Shown here: positions 10,876 through 22,700 of the stretch, in pieces
Layout: each line of letters starts with the position of its first letter
Position numbering within the stretch: the first letter of the stretch is position 1
NCBI GenBank assembly: GCA_964019425.1
Contig: OZ025796.1
Location: forward strand, 1,116,001 to 1,180,000
DNA from: Flectonema sp. DT1601
Taxonomy: Eukaryota
Length of the DNA stretch: 64,000 bases
Reading direction: 5' to 3'
Notes under the pieces: model-generated
The model's input: the letters and a program-made list of their open reading frames with translations, nothing else
Told to the model about the DNA's origin: nothing
Databases searched by the model: none
Program-made: the position numbers and the translations under genes

Positions 10876-12906
10876 TTATTCAGATACACGTACATTAAGA
10901 AGAGGTAACCCGTCGCTGTCATCAGTATCTTCATCAACAATCGGCAGTAAATATGAGTATGAAGTAAACACCGAAGGAGCAGTAACAGATGGTATAGTTT
11001 CTTCCATTATTGGAAACGCATTAAGAGATGAGGCCTTTTTAATAAATGAGAATACCTCTTCGTCATCAGAATCCAATTGTGTTGGAACTCGATTTTGAAG
11101 TAAACAAAAAGCACAAGCAGCCAGACCAATAATAACAAGAATTAAAACAGACGGTAACAAAACTGACACAGAGACTACTGGAATCACAAAGAAACCAACT
11201 CCAGAAGCGATTGCCGACCATAATTTCATATGCGCAAATGACGCCTCTAAAAAAGAAGAACCTTTTCCGGTTTGAGCAGAATGAAGATCTGCATGAATTG
11301 CAGTAGCTGTTCCCTGCCAAACAGAAAACCCAACACCATGAAGAACATAAACAAATGGGATAAGCATCCTTACCGTGTCCTTCGTACTTTCACAAATTAA
11401 CATCAAAGTAATAAGTTCTAAAGACCAACAAAGACAACCAATACAAACAACAATAAACCTTGAGTAATAAGCTCCAATATAACTTATTATTGGTGCCAGT
11501 AAGGCTGCAGTTACACCCAACAAAGCGACATAACTCTCAATTACTGAAACTGAGGAGTAGAGTGGGGCAACAACTCGAGCATTGATATAAGTATTTAGTA
11601 AAGACGCCATAGCTCCCATTGACATGTTGTATGGAATTAATAAAGCGATTCTGTCATCCGAAAGGAGGACTTGCACAATTGCGGATTCCCACACAGCGGA
11701 GTGCAGCGAGTCTGTGAAGTTAATTACGAAGTCGGGGAAGTGTCCTATCAATCCATTCCTTTTTTTAAAACTTGCCTTATGTAAATATTTTCTCTTTGGG
11801 GATCGATCACCCGCGGCAGATGTCGTTCTCTTCACTCTTTCACCTCCTTTCCTCATACTAAATGATAGGGCGCTGGTTACACTTCCTGTTACTCTTTTTT
11901 TAGGACATTGCACACAACCAGCAAGAACTGTTCCAAAAAGAGCGAATAAAAGTAATACACCATACATTATTGGTGCTCCATAAAGATGATTGGTAACATA
12001 TGCGAGTACGTATCCACCCGGCATTGAAATTTGAAAAATTGTGTTAAAGACGCCAGACAGTAAGTCCGTTGGATTTTGATGTGTCTTTCCACTTACTCCC
12101 TGAAAAGCTCTCGTAATGTAAGAACAGGAGCCTTTGAGATTTATGGAGTAAGCTTGAGCTGATCTGGACAGGTAAAGTCCTTCAGCTGTCCACAATGCTG
12201 CCCCTCCAATACCAGATAAAATCGATGATGTTATTAATAATGGATAATCTAAGGAACTAGAACTTATATAACAAAACAGAGTACAAGCGACGTATAATAC
12301 GAAGGTAGAAAGACCAAATATTAGTGCTGGCCGGGGTGTCAATTTTTGTACTACTTTTGGAGAAAAGATAGTGGCGATGGCGAAGGAAAAGAAAAGAGCA
12401 CCGGATGATTGAGTTCCGACTCCCGAAGGGAAAACCGCTGGAGCGATGGCAACTGTAGCTACAAAGCTGCTTTCGACTATGCTGAATCCGATGGCAACAA
12501 TTGCGAATCGCAAGACAGAAACAGTACCACTTCGAGGTGTTTTTCCTTCCTTGTACTGACTGAAATCAGGTTGTTGTCCAGGGTATGCTGGTACGAAGCT
12601 ATACCGACACTCATTTCCTGGACTCATTACGAACAAACCACCTTGACTCTGATCAAGTACCTCAAAACAATCATCAATCAACGTGTAGACTTCTCCTTTG
12701 TAACGACTGCTGCGTTTCCATGTGACCGCATCTCTGCTGGTTATGATGATTTTTAGTTGTAGGTTTGCTTCTTCGATCTGTTTTAACATTGATTGGCACC
12801 ATCGTCCTCTTGCTGATCTGACAACGACAAGTAGGGTGTCTTTTTGTGACCATAAATTCTGGATTGGGATTCCTTTTCCATTTTCATCAGCTATCTCAAA
12901 TATCAT
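10876..12906 (-). CDS. UNC-93-like MFS membrane protein with an N-terminal AhpC/TSA-like (redoxin-fold) domain
   Basis: About 12 hydrophobic segments and the UNC-93 motif GIGGAALWTAEGLYLS. The first ~120 aa resemble PRXL2/AhpC-TSA_2 proteins (DENGKGIPIQNLW, LLVVVR, QGGLFVMSPG, PGQQPD). Confidence 0.8.
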   Translation of the reverse strand: MIFEIADENGKGIPIQNLWSQKDTLLVVVRSARGRWCQSMLKQIEEANLQLKIIITSRDAVTWKRSSRYKGEVYTLIDDCFEVLDQSQGGLFVMSPGNECRYSFVPAYPGQQPDFSQYKEGKTPRSGTVSVLRFAIVAIGFSIVESSFVATVAIAPAVFPSGVGTQSSGALFFSFAIATIFSPKVVQKLTPRPALIFGLSTFVLYVACTLFCYISSSSLDYPLLITSSILSGIGGAALWTAEGLYLSRSAQAYSINLKGSCSYITRAFQGVSGKTHQNPTDLLSGVFNTIFQISMPGGYVLAYVTNHLYGAPIMYGVLLLFALFGTVLAGCVQCPKKRVTGSVTSALSFSMRKGGERVKRTTSAAGDRSPKRKYLHKASFKKRNGLIGHFPDFVINFTDSLHSAVWESAIVQVLLSDDRIALLIPYNMSMGAMASLLNTYINARVVAPLYSSVSVIESYVALLGVTAALLAPIISYIGAYYSRFIVVCIGCLCWSLELITLMLICESTKDTVRMLIPFVYVLHGVGFSVWQGTATAIHADLHSAQTGKGSSFLEASFAHMKLWSAIASGVGFFVIPVVSVSVLLPSVLILVIIGLAACAFCLLQNRVPTQLDSDDEEVFSFIKKASSLNAFPIMEETIPSVTAPSVFTSYSYLLPIVDEDTDDSDGLPLLNVRVSE

Positions 12907-13638
12907 TTATTTAAACACAGCCTGTTCCTTCCTCACTCTCTTGTCTCTGGTTATTTTTTAGTAAAAACGACTATCGATTATTTCTTAACATTATAATTAG
13001 TACTTTCTTAAAATAATATTTTTTAAAAAATAAAAATACAAAAAGGATATTATTCAGCAGTCAATGTGGCGGCGGATATACCACCACTTAAATCTCATGT
13101 TTTTTTTTTTTTTTAAATATGCTGTACAAAGTATAATGATGTATTTTATTAGGTAGTGCACTCATTTCATCAAAAAGACCGTAATGAAATATTTATAACA
13201 AATAAAAATAAAATAAAAATCCAACACGAAAGGTAACAACTCGTTAATCAGTTTTTTTTTTTTTTTTTTTTTTTTTCTGTGTTGTGGATGTGTGTAAAAT
13301 AACTCCCCAATACTAACATGTTGGCTATTTTCTGACATATTGTTTAATGTTCGAAGTTGCGTAGAATAACAGCTGCGTCGCAAGTCATTTGGTCAGAACA
13401 CACCTCGCAACGAAAAATTAAAATGAAAAAAAAAAAGAGTGAAAAAGAAAAAGAATATCGCGAATTGGGCTGGATAAGGAAGAACGTAACATAAAGAAAA
13501 GATGAAATTCATCCACAAAAGAAATGTTCAATTAAAATATGCGGCATCCTACTTGTCGACGACCCGCTCGGGTAAATCGAAACACTTTTGTGTCCAAGTA
13601 AAGAATTGTTGTATTTCACAATGAAGAGGACAAGTAAT

Positions 13639-15021
13639 TCACTTCGCAGGGGGATCACCTCGTTGTCTTTTGATCACACGGAGAATTTCTTGAGCAACGG
13701 GAGGGGATGAGATAGCTGAAGCAGCTTTTCGTTTTTTAAACTCTTCAAGTTGAAGGTCAAGTTGGTCTCGTTCAACAACCCAATCCTTGCGAGGTGAGGA
13801 AGCAGAAGGCAAACGAGCTGGTGGCAGCTCCTCTAATTTAGTGGGTGTGGTGGATGCATTCGAAACAGGTTGATCTATAACAGGTGTTGGAGGAGTCTTC
13901 ACAGGTTCATCCTCGACCACAATTTTCTGTTGAGGGGAAAATGACACGACAAATGTTTGATCGTCATCACCCATCGGGTAGGGGACTGATTGCGCTTCTC
14001 TTTCTTTGTCATCAATTTCAGACGTAAACAATTCCTTAGCAACACTACCTCCTTCCACTTTACGAATTTTCACCGGTTCGCTTTCTTCTCGCAACTGTTC
14101 TTCGATTCCACTCCTCCTTTTTTTATAAATTCTCTCTCTGACAGTCTCACTGTGTTCGTAAGGACATTGGTCCCTTGAGCAACCTAAATGTGTCCTGTAA
14201 TACTTACAAGGTTCCATTAATTTTGGAACGTGTATTTTCTCAGAAGCAGCAGTGTGATATCCACAACGAGAATCAACCAGGACCCTTCTATTTACATACG
14301 CCTCCGCAGCCTTCGAACCCAATTTAGGAATTGCCTATTTTGATTAACTCAAAATACAGACTCTCTGACAACATCGGTTTGCAAACTTAAACAAGAAGTA
14401 ACATACCTCTTTAGAAAAACCTTGTCTTTGAGTCTGCTGCCACCTTCCGTAAGAAGAAGGGTCAGGTACTTGTAAAGCTCTGTGTGATTATTTATATTAA
14501 AATATTAAATAATAACACCTCACAATCCATAAACATAAATCCATACCCATTTAGTACAGCATGCAGACTTGTCAACAAACTGATTTCATCACCTCCAATA
14601 CCAGACAGCAATGATGGCTGAGGCTGTGGCTCTTGGGAAGGTGAGGTAGGTAATGGAGCAGTAAATGGACTCTGAGGCGAAAGAGGAAATCTCATCGGAC
14701 CTCTATTAGGAGATAATGAATTAACAATAGTCTGCAAAGTATTAGTAACTGGACTGTTGAGGTCCGTATTTAAAATACCTCTTCCGAGAGGAGGCGTCGC
14801 CTGCATTGGTAAGTTTGGTAGCATATTTCCCGGGGCATTAGAAAGCGACCTCGCTAGGGGTATGTTACCCGTCACGCTTCCCATTCCCCCAGCAAGTACA
14901 TAACTCCCCGGATTACCGTTATACATCGATGTGTGAGAAGGGAGGCCTAACAATAAACAAATAAAAATTAACGGGGAACAGTTTCATCCAAACTGCTGAA
15001 CCTACTGAGGTGCGAATACAT
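13639..15021 (-). CDS. Spliced CCCH zinc-finger protein (exons 15021-15006, 14946-14547, 14479-14407, 14334-13639)
   Basis: Three GT-AG introns of 59, 67 and 72 nt join track ORFs 14492..14953 and 13639..14322 in frame. C3H motif CKYYRTHLGCSRDQCPYEH. The first exon is the least certain. Confidence 0.75.
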
Positions 15022-15247
15022 CGCCTTACTTGCAGTTCCCTTCTTATTTATCTTTCCTCTTATTCTTCTCTTCTCCAGCTCATGGTTTCGATCACAACTG
15101 CTGAACCTGTGAAGAAAAAATCTGAACAACAACAACAAATCTTTTGACACACAAGAATCTTGTTGAACACTTTTGTTTTATTTTTTATTCACGATTTCAC
15201 AGGAGGTTCCCCTGCTGTTTTTTTGTATTTTTATTTAATGACTAGCG

Positions 15248-16245
15248 TTCCTGAGGTCCTCCAATTGCCCCCCTGGTTTGGCTTGTTGCACCGCTCTTGC
15301 CACGGTGCTTTTCAAAGTTTTGGTTTCCGACTCTCGTCGGGGTGCAACCCCGACGCCAGTTAGTATTTGTTTACTAAACTTCCCCCTGCGAATTTATTAT
15401 CCTTTATTTTATCAAGTCATCACAAAATGGACGAGGCTTATTTTTTGTACCGTAATCCTGCAACATACCAAAATTTCTTCCGAATTGAATTCTGTCCTTT
15501 AAAACATTTATTTTTTTTTTGGAAAATTCTCCGTTGCCTACATAAAAAAAAGTTTTTTCTAAAGATATTTCATGCTTCGAAACTGTTGACGGCATTTGTG
15601 GACGCTTCCTTAGAGGGATGGGGAGGTGTTGTAGTAGAACAGTCAGGTGCTCTTACTGTTGCAGGCGACGTTGGAGGCAAGAAAAAGGACTTCACATTAA
15701 TATTCTCGAAGCAAAGGCTCCTCTTAATACCTTGTTAGCGTTGGACTTGTGGGATTTAGAAGGATTTAGGCTTGATATCAGGGTAGACAATACTTCTGTT
15801 ATGGGGGCAATTTGATACCGTATTTTCAAGCTGATGGGGGCAGTTAGAAAAAGACAATGCCAGAAGAACAAAATCCTGAATGATTTAGTTCTGGCGGTTT
15901 CTGATTGGTTGGTTTTTAAAAAAGTGGTTTTCAGTGTCAAGTATATTAAGTCTGCCTTGAATCCTGCAGACGGTCCTTCCAGAACTTCTTTGGGCCTACT
16001 TTCATCTGATAAACTTCGAACTCAGGTCATACGAGCGGTGGGGCTATTTTTCCGCACATAATTACACTTAGTCTTAATATTTCAATATCAATCTCTTTAC
16101 TGGCGTTGGGGTGTTTCTTCTTGAGGTTCGCTAATTGTGTACCTGTTGTTTTTGGCTTGTTGCACCTCTTGCCTCGGTGTTTTTCAAAGTCTTGGGTAAC
16201 CGACCTCTCGAAGATGCAACATTACCCCGACGTCAGTTGTTTATG
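15248..16245 (+). mobile_element. Degenerate DIRS-type (tyrosine recombinase) retrotransposon relic with RNase H remnant
   Basis: Frameshifted motifs FVDASLEGWG, HINILEAKA, IRVDNTSV and YIKSALNPADGPSR are typical of DIRS1 RNase H. They are bracketed by diverged ~110-bp direct repeats (~15248-15365 and ~16117-16245). Confidence 0.8.
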
Positions 16246-16571
16246 TTTATTCTCTTTGACATTATAATTATAATTTAGTATTTCTTTGTTTATTCAGTCT
16301 TAATTACACAATATGGACGATGTTGGTCATTCCTGACGGACATCTGCAGAGCAGTCACCGATGTCGATGTCTTCGTCTGCTTCCTCTTCCTCACAACCGG
16401 TAAGAGATTGGCTAGACTTCTCAATGCGATAGGGCATTGTTGCAAGAGGACTCTAAGCGTGGTCATGACCACAGCTCTTTTAATCTATTTTCCAGAAGAA
16501 AGTTCTCTAAGTGAAAAGGCGTTAGTAAGACTGACGGTGAATCAACACCATCATCATCGTATTTCCAGTAT

Positions 16572-17876
16572 TCACATTGATGAGGTGCTTGTACTCTGCT
16601 TGCCACTACTTGGACCTTCATCTGCTTCCTCTTCCTCACAACCGGTAAGAGATTGGCTAGACACACTGACACTGTCATCGCCGGTGTTGTTGTACATCTT
16701 GTTCATGTTGCGGTTGTGCCGTTCAACCAGATATTTCACTAAACTACTTGGTTTCTTGTGAAAGATTGTGACTTCAATAACACCTAGGTCAGTACTCGAC
16801 TTCGTCGGAGAACGTAAGGATGGGAAGTACTGAGCTGCTAGCTCCGGTGTTTTGAAATAAAGCTGCAAGGTTACAGGGCAACGTCCTTCATCGTTTTGTT
16901 GGAATTCCTGTTGCTCACTGGTAACAGACAACAGGTTATGGTCATCGTACATCGTGTGCAGGTTTTCATCCATGTAAAGGCGGTTTGCAGGATCTGCGTC
17001 GGCTGCCTTTCCCTTGCAATATTTCCTCTCTAAGATGTGGCATGATTTGAGGGCATAATACTTATTGTTACTGTGGTCCATGAGCGATTCGTAATCTACC
17101 TGTTCACTTGTTATCACAGTGGTGTGCGAAGGGATGCTCTCAGTCCGTAGTGCCGTTTTTACGGCAAACTCACGCGGTGGAGTGTTCTGTTGGTCGTAAT
17201 CTCCCTCTTTTACCAGATGATTGAGGTCGAACTTAAAATCATTCTCAGGCTCTCCAAGTTTAAATTGAACGGGCTTCTCCTCCGCTCGGTCAAACTTTTT
17301 GTGATGTTGCCTCCATTTTGTGATCATCTCCACTGCCCTTTCCTCGATTTTGAAGTAGAGTTCGACAACAAGGTCGCTTGCAGTTGTCAGTTGACCTTCC
17401 GGTGCTAATTCGCTGACGCCGGTCTTTTGGTATTCGCACTTCATCGAGTATCCCTGCAAAGCCGTGGCAAATTCGTAGAGATTCCCCTTGTAATTCCCAT
17501 AGCTGAAACTACATGGGACAGTGGCCGTCAGCTTAAACCCTGCTGTGTTTGCCACCTCCTGAGAAGCACTTTTGTAGTACTTCTTCTCTCTTTCCTCAAG
17601 ATCTTTGATGCTGTTGTTTAATCGTGCTTCGTCTTCCTCAAGGAATTTGTAATACTTCCCTTCATCTTTGCCTTCCATGATCAGCTTTTTCATCTCAGAG
17701 CGTACTTCTTCCAGCTTCTGCTCCTTTTCCCTGATCTGATCGACTGTAGTGGCAACCAGATCCACCATCCACTGCACTCTCTTCACTTGATTGGACTCAC
17801 CTTCCAAACTGCCTTCGTTGTTTCGTGGTGTTTTTAATGACAACCTCGGTGAAGGTGTGTCGTTTGGGGATGTCAT
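16572..17876 (-). CDS. Coiled-coil plus HNH-like endonuclease protein (Crinkler/CR-effector-like)
   Basis: 434-aa ORF with an N-terminal coiled coil. C-terminal SCHIL...ANRLYMDENLHTMYDD fits the HNH_2 pattern AHI..NxL.L...H..FD. Confidence 0.65.
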   Translation of the reverse strand: MTSPNDTPSPRLSLKTPRNNEGSLEGESNQVKRVQWMVDLVATTVDQIREKEQKLEEVRSEMKKLIMEGKDEGKYYKFLEEDEARLNNSIKDLEEREKKYYKSASQEVANTAGFKLTATVPCSFSYGNYKGNLYEFATALQGYSMKCEYQKTGVSELAPEGQLTTASDLVVELYFKIEERAVEMITKWRQHHKKFDRAEEKPVQFKLGEPENDFKFDLNHLVKEGDYDQQNTPPREFAVKTALRTESIPSHTTVITSEQVDYESLMDHSNNKYYALKSCHILERKYCKGKAADADPANRLYMDENLHTMYDDHNLLSVTSEQQEFQQNDEGRCPVTLQLYFKTPELAAQYFPSLRSPTKSSTDLGVIEVTIFHKKPSSLVKYLVERHNRNMNKMYNNTGDDSVSVSSQSLTGCEEEEADEGPSSGKQSTSTSSM

Positions 17877-17937
17877 TTTTTTTAATTTTAACGCTGCTGA
17901 GAAGAACTAGTAAAGTAAATAATACTGAGGCGATCGG

Positions 17938-19020
17938 CAGGGTGGAGGTGTTCACGATTTTTCACTTTGCTACACGAAAATTCATGATTTTTCACTTAAT
18001 TTTTTGCTGCTTTCTGGTAGTGAAATCCCGTGAAAATGTGTGAAAATGTGTGAATTCTAGTGAAAAAAGTGAGTGATATCCAGATGGTACCGTTGGTGCT
18101 GTGCAATGTCAAACCTGGACAGTTTGCCATACATGTCACTTTGACAACTAAATGGGCATCGCTTGTGCCCAGTGACCCATCACCCTTCCTGACCATCGCT
18201 TGTGGTGAGGTTCCGGACTTTGGACCGGCGCATCGCGTGTGCGGTGGGTTTAATCACTGAGGGGGCTCATTCTCGTTCGGACTGTTCTGTTCTGTAACAA
18301 CCCGACCATGATCATTCAGCAAATATGAGATGTCAATTGTGGCTGCCTCTGACATGTCACGTGCAACCTCTGCCCAAAACTGGAGAAGTTGTCGCGGAGT
18401 GCGATGCTCCGGGAGAATGAGATGAGACGTCTGAGCACACCATTCACAATACTATATTGTGCACACATGAACTCCATGATGTTGCCCATTTCCTCGTTAC
18501 TGAGAGACATCAGGTAAGCGTATGCCCGCCTGCGACGATGAGAGTACTTGATGAGGAGCTTGTTGCGCTGCAAGAATGTGAGAACCCACCTGAGGAATGG
18601 AATACCTCGAAGCGGGCATGATAACACATAGCATGCAAATGCTAAGGTTCCGAAGCGCCCATTCGTAACCTTCTCTTTAAATGGGCACGCCCTAAAAGAG
18701 ATGCGGTGCTTCTTGCGAAGCCAGTAAGCAAACGACCGATTCCCACGTATGAAGAAGCACAGCGTTACTATTGAACGGAGGAAGTCACTGAGGCCAAAGT
18801 ACTTCGCAATCCAGGAGGCAATGCAATGAACTCGGTGTGTAGGCTCCGTGATGAGGCAGATATTCACCCACTTCCACCCTTCAATTCAAAACCAACCCAC
18901 CCACCCCCTGCCGGTGTCCCGTCAGGACCTGGCACTACCTCAGCGCGGTGAACCTGATGAATGTCCTTAGTATCTGTTCTGCCAGTTGTGCGTATTACTT
19001 TATATTCTTTATTCAGGTGG
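17938..19020 (-). mobile_element. Possible degenerate DNA transposon (hAT-like) fragment
   Basis: CAGGGTGG terminus-like sequence followed by clustered TTTCAC/GTGAAA repeats in both orientations (17955-18072). ORF remnant 18316-18867 has THRVHCIA and GRFGT, weakly resembling the hAT CxxH and TRW/F regions. Confidence 0.3.
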
Positions 19021-19467
19021 GTTGAGTTGCCAGGTGAGATTTGGACTGTTAGCTTTTGGCTAAGGCCCTCCCTGAAGAGCAAGAACAAAAAAACTACTCA
19101 CACCTGAAGAAAACATACACAAAGAACACACTGTTAGCTGTGTGTGTATTTTGTGTTTGTCACAACAGGAGAGAAAAGAAAGAATGTCAAGGTTGGTCAC
19201 CTTGCCTATCAACGCACAACATTGGTGGTCTCTACTAGACCCTGAGTGATCCCACTGGATCTCTCATCGTTCATAGTACCTATGTGAAGTTATAAAATCA
19301 AAGGTAAACTATGAACTACAAATGACTTAGCCTGTTATTATAATGCCACAGGCAGGCCCTGCATTCAGCAACTATCCAGCAGTGCTTGGATGTCCTGATC
19401 TTCTTCTAAAAAAAAGAAAGAAAAACAAAACTGTAGCTGGGATCACTCAGGATCAACAGACTACCAA
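19021..19467 (-). mobile_element. Family A non-coding element, truncated copy
   Basis: Near-identical to the other A copies and begins at the shared fixed end (GTTGAGTT..CCAGGTGAG). Strand is inferred. Confidence 0.9.
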
Positions 19468-19470
19468 CCA

Positions 19471-21490
19471 GCAGCATTAAAGAAGAACCTGCCACTGCAA
19501 GTTTTATAAAAGATGGTAAAGAAATCTTCCCTGTGGAAGAAGTCAAAATCCACAAAGTAACAAAACTGAAAACGATCGAAAAGCTCACCATTGAAAGATC
19601 GTGGCTGGAGAAATGTTTTATCTGGCAAACTTGTTACGCATCGGCTCTTTCTATTCTACTTATTGCCAATGGTTCTTCCTCCCCGGCCCCTTCTGTTTTG
19701 TTAGATGAGGATGAGCTCACTGGACTCTCCTTGTCATTCTCTTCTATTTCTTCCATCTCTTTCCAGACTCCCCCACCTGAACTCATGTCAACGGGATCGC
19801 AAACACTTCTTACTGATTTTGCTATGGTGATAAGAACTCAATCTGACATGGGTTCTCAAACCCCCTTGTACAAAAAAAAAGAAGGAAAATTAAGGCTGAA
19901 ACTTTCCTTGAAATGCCAGATTTTAGAAAACGAATTAGAGCAAATGAAAGAACGAATTTTTTATGTTCTATTTTTATTTTACTTTAATGCGATGTCAGCC
20001 TCCCTCGAGAAAGACAAGCAGTTACTAAATGGATTACCTGTTGAGATCAAAGCTACCAACCAGGATCCATCCTCACTTCCTCCTGCGCCCCCTGTTTTAA
20101 TTATTGAAAAAGATAGAAAAGAATATGAACTTCTGGAAGGAGTAATTCAACGGTTAACAGCAGAACGCGATGAATCGAAGACTTCTCTTTCTGCACTAGT
20201 TCGACAATATGACTTAGTGGAAGATTACAGGAAACGTGAGCTCGCAAATCTGACTCAGAGAGCAGACCTATCGGAAATGGCGCTCTTTAATTACCATCAA
20301 AGGTTTGTTCTTCTGTCGAACGAATTGGAGACCAAATGTAATGAGGAAAGAGAAAGTAAAATAAGACTTTTCTATACTCAACAGGAGGTCGAGAGTTTGC
20401 GTGCCGCGCGTCCCCACATGACCCACTTTAGTCAACAAGTTTCCCCCCGATCCCCTATTTTGTATGAATCTGTTGCTATGATGAAGATAGCAAAGAACTA
20501 CCTCTCGCTCTTTACAACTACGAGTAGTCTTTTTACTCCTCTTATTAAACCCCTTATCCCTACCCTTAATTATATCACCCCTCTTTGTCCTCTAGCCTCA
20601 ATTCCTCCGACAATGCCGCAGAGTGAAGCTCTCGACCGCACGCCGACCAAGATTTTACGACAAGAGAGTCACGTTATCTCCGTTAAAGAGAATACACCTA
20701 TTGCGAGACAATGGTCCGAGGGTAGGATTGACTTACTCGAGAACTACTGTCGAGCAGTAGATGACTCTCTCGAAACAATCGAGAAAGCGGCAGAGCTCTC
20801 AGAACAACTTCTGGATGCCCAACTTCGCCTCTCGGAGCTGAATCACCAACGGTGTACAACTCACGCAGAGCAGCTTGAGCAATCCATGATGTTAACGGGA
20901 CTGGCGAGCGATTTAAATGCTCAACTCGCCTTGGCACGGTCTCAAATTGCGGCCCTGAAGTTCCAATTAGCTTCATGGGCAGAAGGTTTGAGTCCGCCAG
21001 ACACAGAAGAACATGAGGAAAATGAAACTCCGCCGAGAAAGTCTGAGCGTTCAACTCTGAAAAAACGAACCCCTCCATCAAGATATCGTTACAATCGAAG
21101 GAGATGTTCTGCTGATGACGTTCACGGTGACTCCACCCCCTTGTAATTCTCTTTTTCCTTACTTTCACATCACTTTGTTTATTTAGTTTTTTTAGCTTAT
21201 TTATTATTTATTGTTTGTTTTTGTTTGTATTATTTTATCGATATGTTTTATGTCCGTCAGATCATAACGTTAATCAGGTTAATTGTTAATTGTAAATGGT
21301 CTAAACCCCAATCCAAGTTCCCAAGGCTTGGCATAGATTTGAGTGACGCCTTACTGGCCTCCTCATCCTCTATGAGTGGTGAGGGGGCCAGCAATGGTTT
21401 TTTTTTTTTTTTCTCTTATTTCTTTTTCTTCTTTTTCTTTTACTCTAATATGAAATATTTTTGAACAAAATGTGATTATTAATTTAAAAA
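19471..21490 (+). mobile_element. 5'-truncated copy of the HERO-like retrotransposon (C-terminal extension ORF 19533-21146 plus 3' UTR)
   Basis: Inverted near-identical copy of ~32170-34192. The frame is intact with a few amino-acid substitutions. Confidence 0.93.
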
Positions 21491-21510
21491 GGGAAAACCC
21501 CTAATTCCAC

Positions 21511-22610
21511 GAGTTAAGTTACCAGGTGAGATTTGGACTGTTAGCTTTTGGCTAAGGCCCTCCCTGAAGAGAGTTGAATTTCCAGGTGAGATTTGGACTG
21601 TTAGCTTTTGGCTAAGGCCCTCCCTGAAGAGCAAGAACAAAAAAACTACTCACACCTGAAGAAAACATACACAAAGAACACACTGTTAGCTGTGTGTGTA
21701 TTTTGTGTTTGTCACAACAGGAGAGAAAAGAAAGAATGTCAAGGTTGGTCACCTTGCCTATCAACGCACAACATTGGTGGTCTCTACTAGACCCTGAGTG
21801 ATCCCACTGGATCTCTCATCGTTCATAGTACCTATGTGAAGTTATAAAATCAAAGGTAAACTATGAACTACAAATGACTTAGCCTGTTATTATAATGCCA
21901 CAGGCAGGCCCTGCATTCAGCAACTATCCAGCAGTGCTAGGATGTCCTGATCTTCTTCTAAAAAAAAGAAAGAAAAACAAAACTGTAGCTGGGATCACTC
22001 AGGATCAACAGACTACCAATGCTACCTGTTGTACTTGCTCACTATGGGGGGTGATGCCAAACACCCAGAAGTACTAAACTGCTTTCCTTCTTGCTGCCCA
22101 GGAGTTTCTGACCAGAACTAATAGAAAATAAAAAGTAGATGGGAAACAATAAAAAGTAAAATGGATATAACTGAAGTTAAACAAGACAAATGAAGTAACA
22201 GACCCGAACAGAAAGAGAATTGTAATAGAAGATTACAAATAAAAAAATGCAAGTATCAACACATGATCAGGATACACCAGCAGCTAACAAACAACATAAA
22301 ATTGAAGATCAGTTGCCAGAGTATTTCAACCATGGTAGAATACTCGCCCCTCTGGCAGGGATTATCCCAGACTTGTCCTTTAATTTAGTTGGACACCATG
22401 GCTTACAACCCTTCCAGAGGGAAGCACCATTATGACTTCTATTTTTTTTCTTCAAGAAAATCATAAGGTGGGAACAAAGAAAAATGCTAAGAGGAACCCC
22501 CTATTAACACCTAAGACATCTAAACTGCAGCCCAGCCTATGCCCAATGCACTAACAGGTCATTCCCTCACACTCAGATCAAAAAATCAAAGTTCAGAGTG
22601 CATCTTAGCG
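21511..22610 (-). mobile_element. Family A insertion in the MULE left TIR (solo ~60-bp terminus plus ~1040-bp copy)
   Basis: Interrupts CCAC|AAAATAG, as shown by the uninterrupted TIRs at 24660 and 43163. Confidence 0.9.
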
Positions 22611-22700
22611 AAAATAGTTTGCGAAATCGCCAACTCATCACAAAAATTTTAACCGCTCGAAACAACCCAACATGACGGGAAAATTTTCAGAATTTTCGAA

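Noticed and set aside
21491..21510. Telomeric repeat (CCCTAA) at junctions
   Set aside because: It is a single hexamer that is part of the MULE TIR, and there is no tandem telomeric tract in the window.
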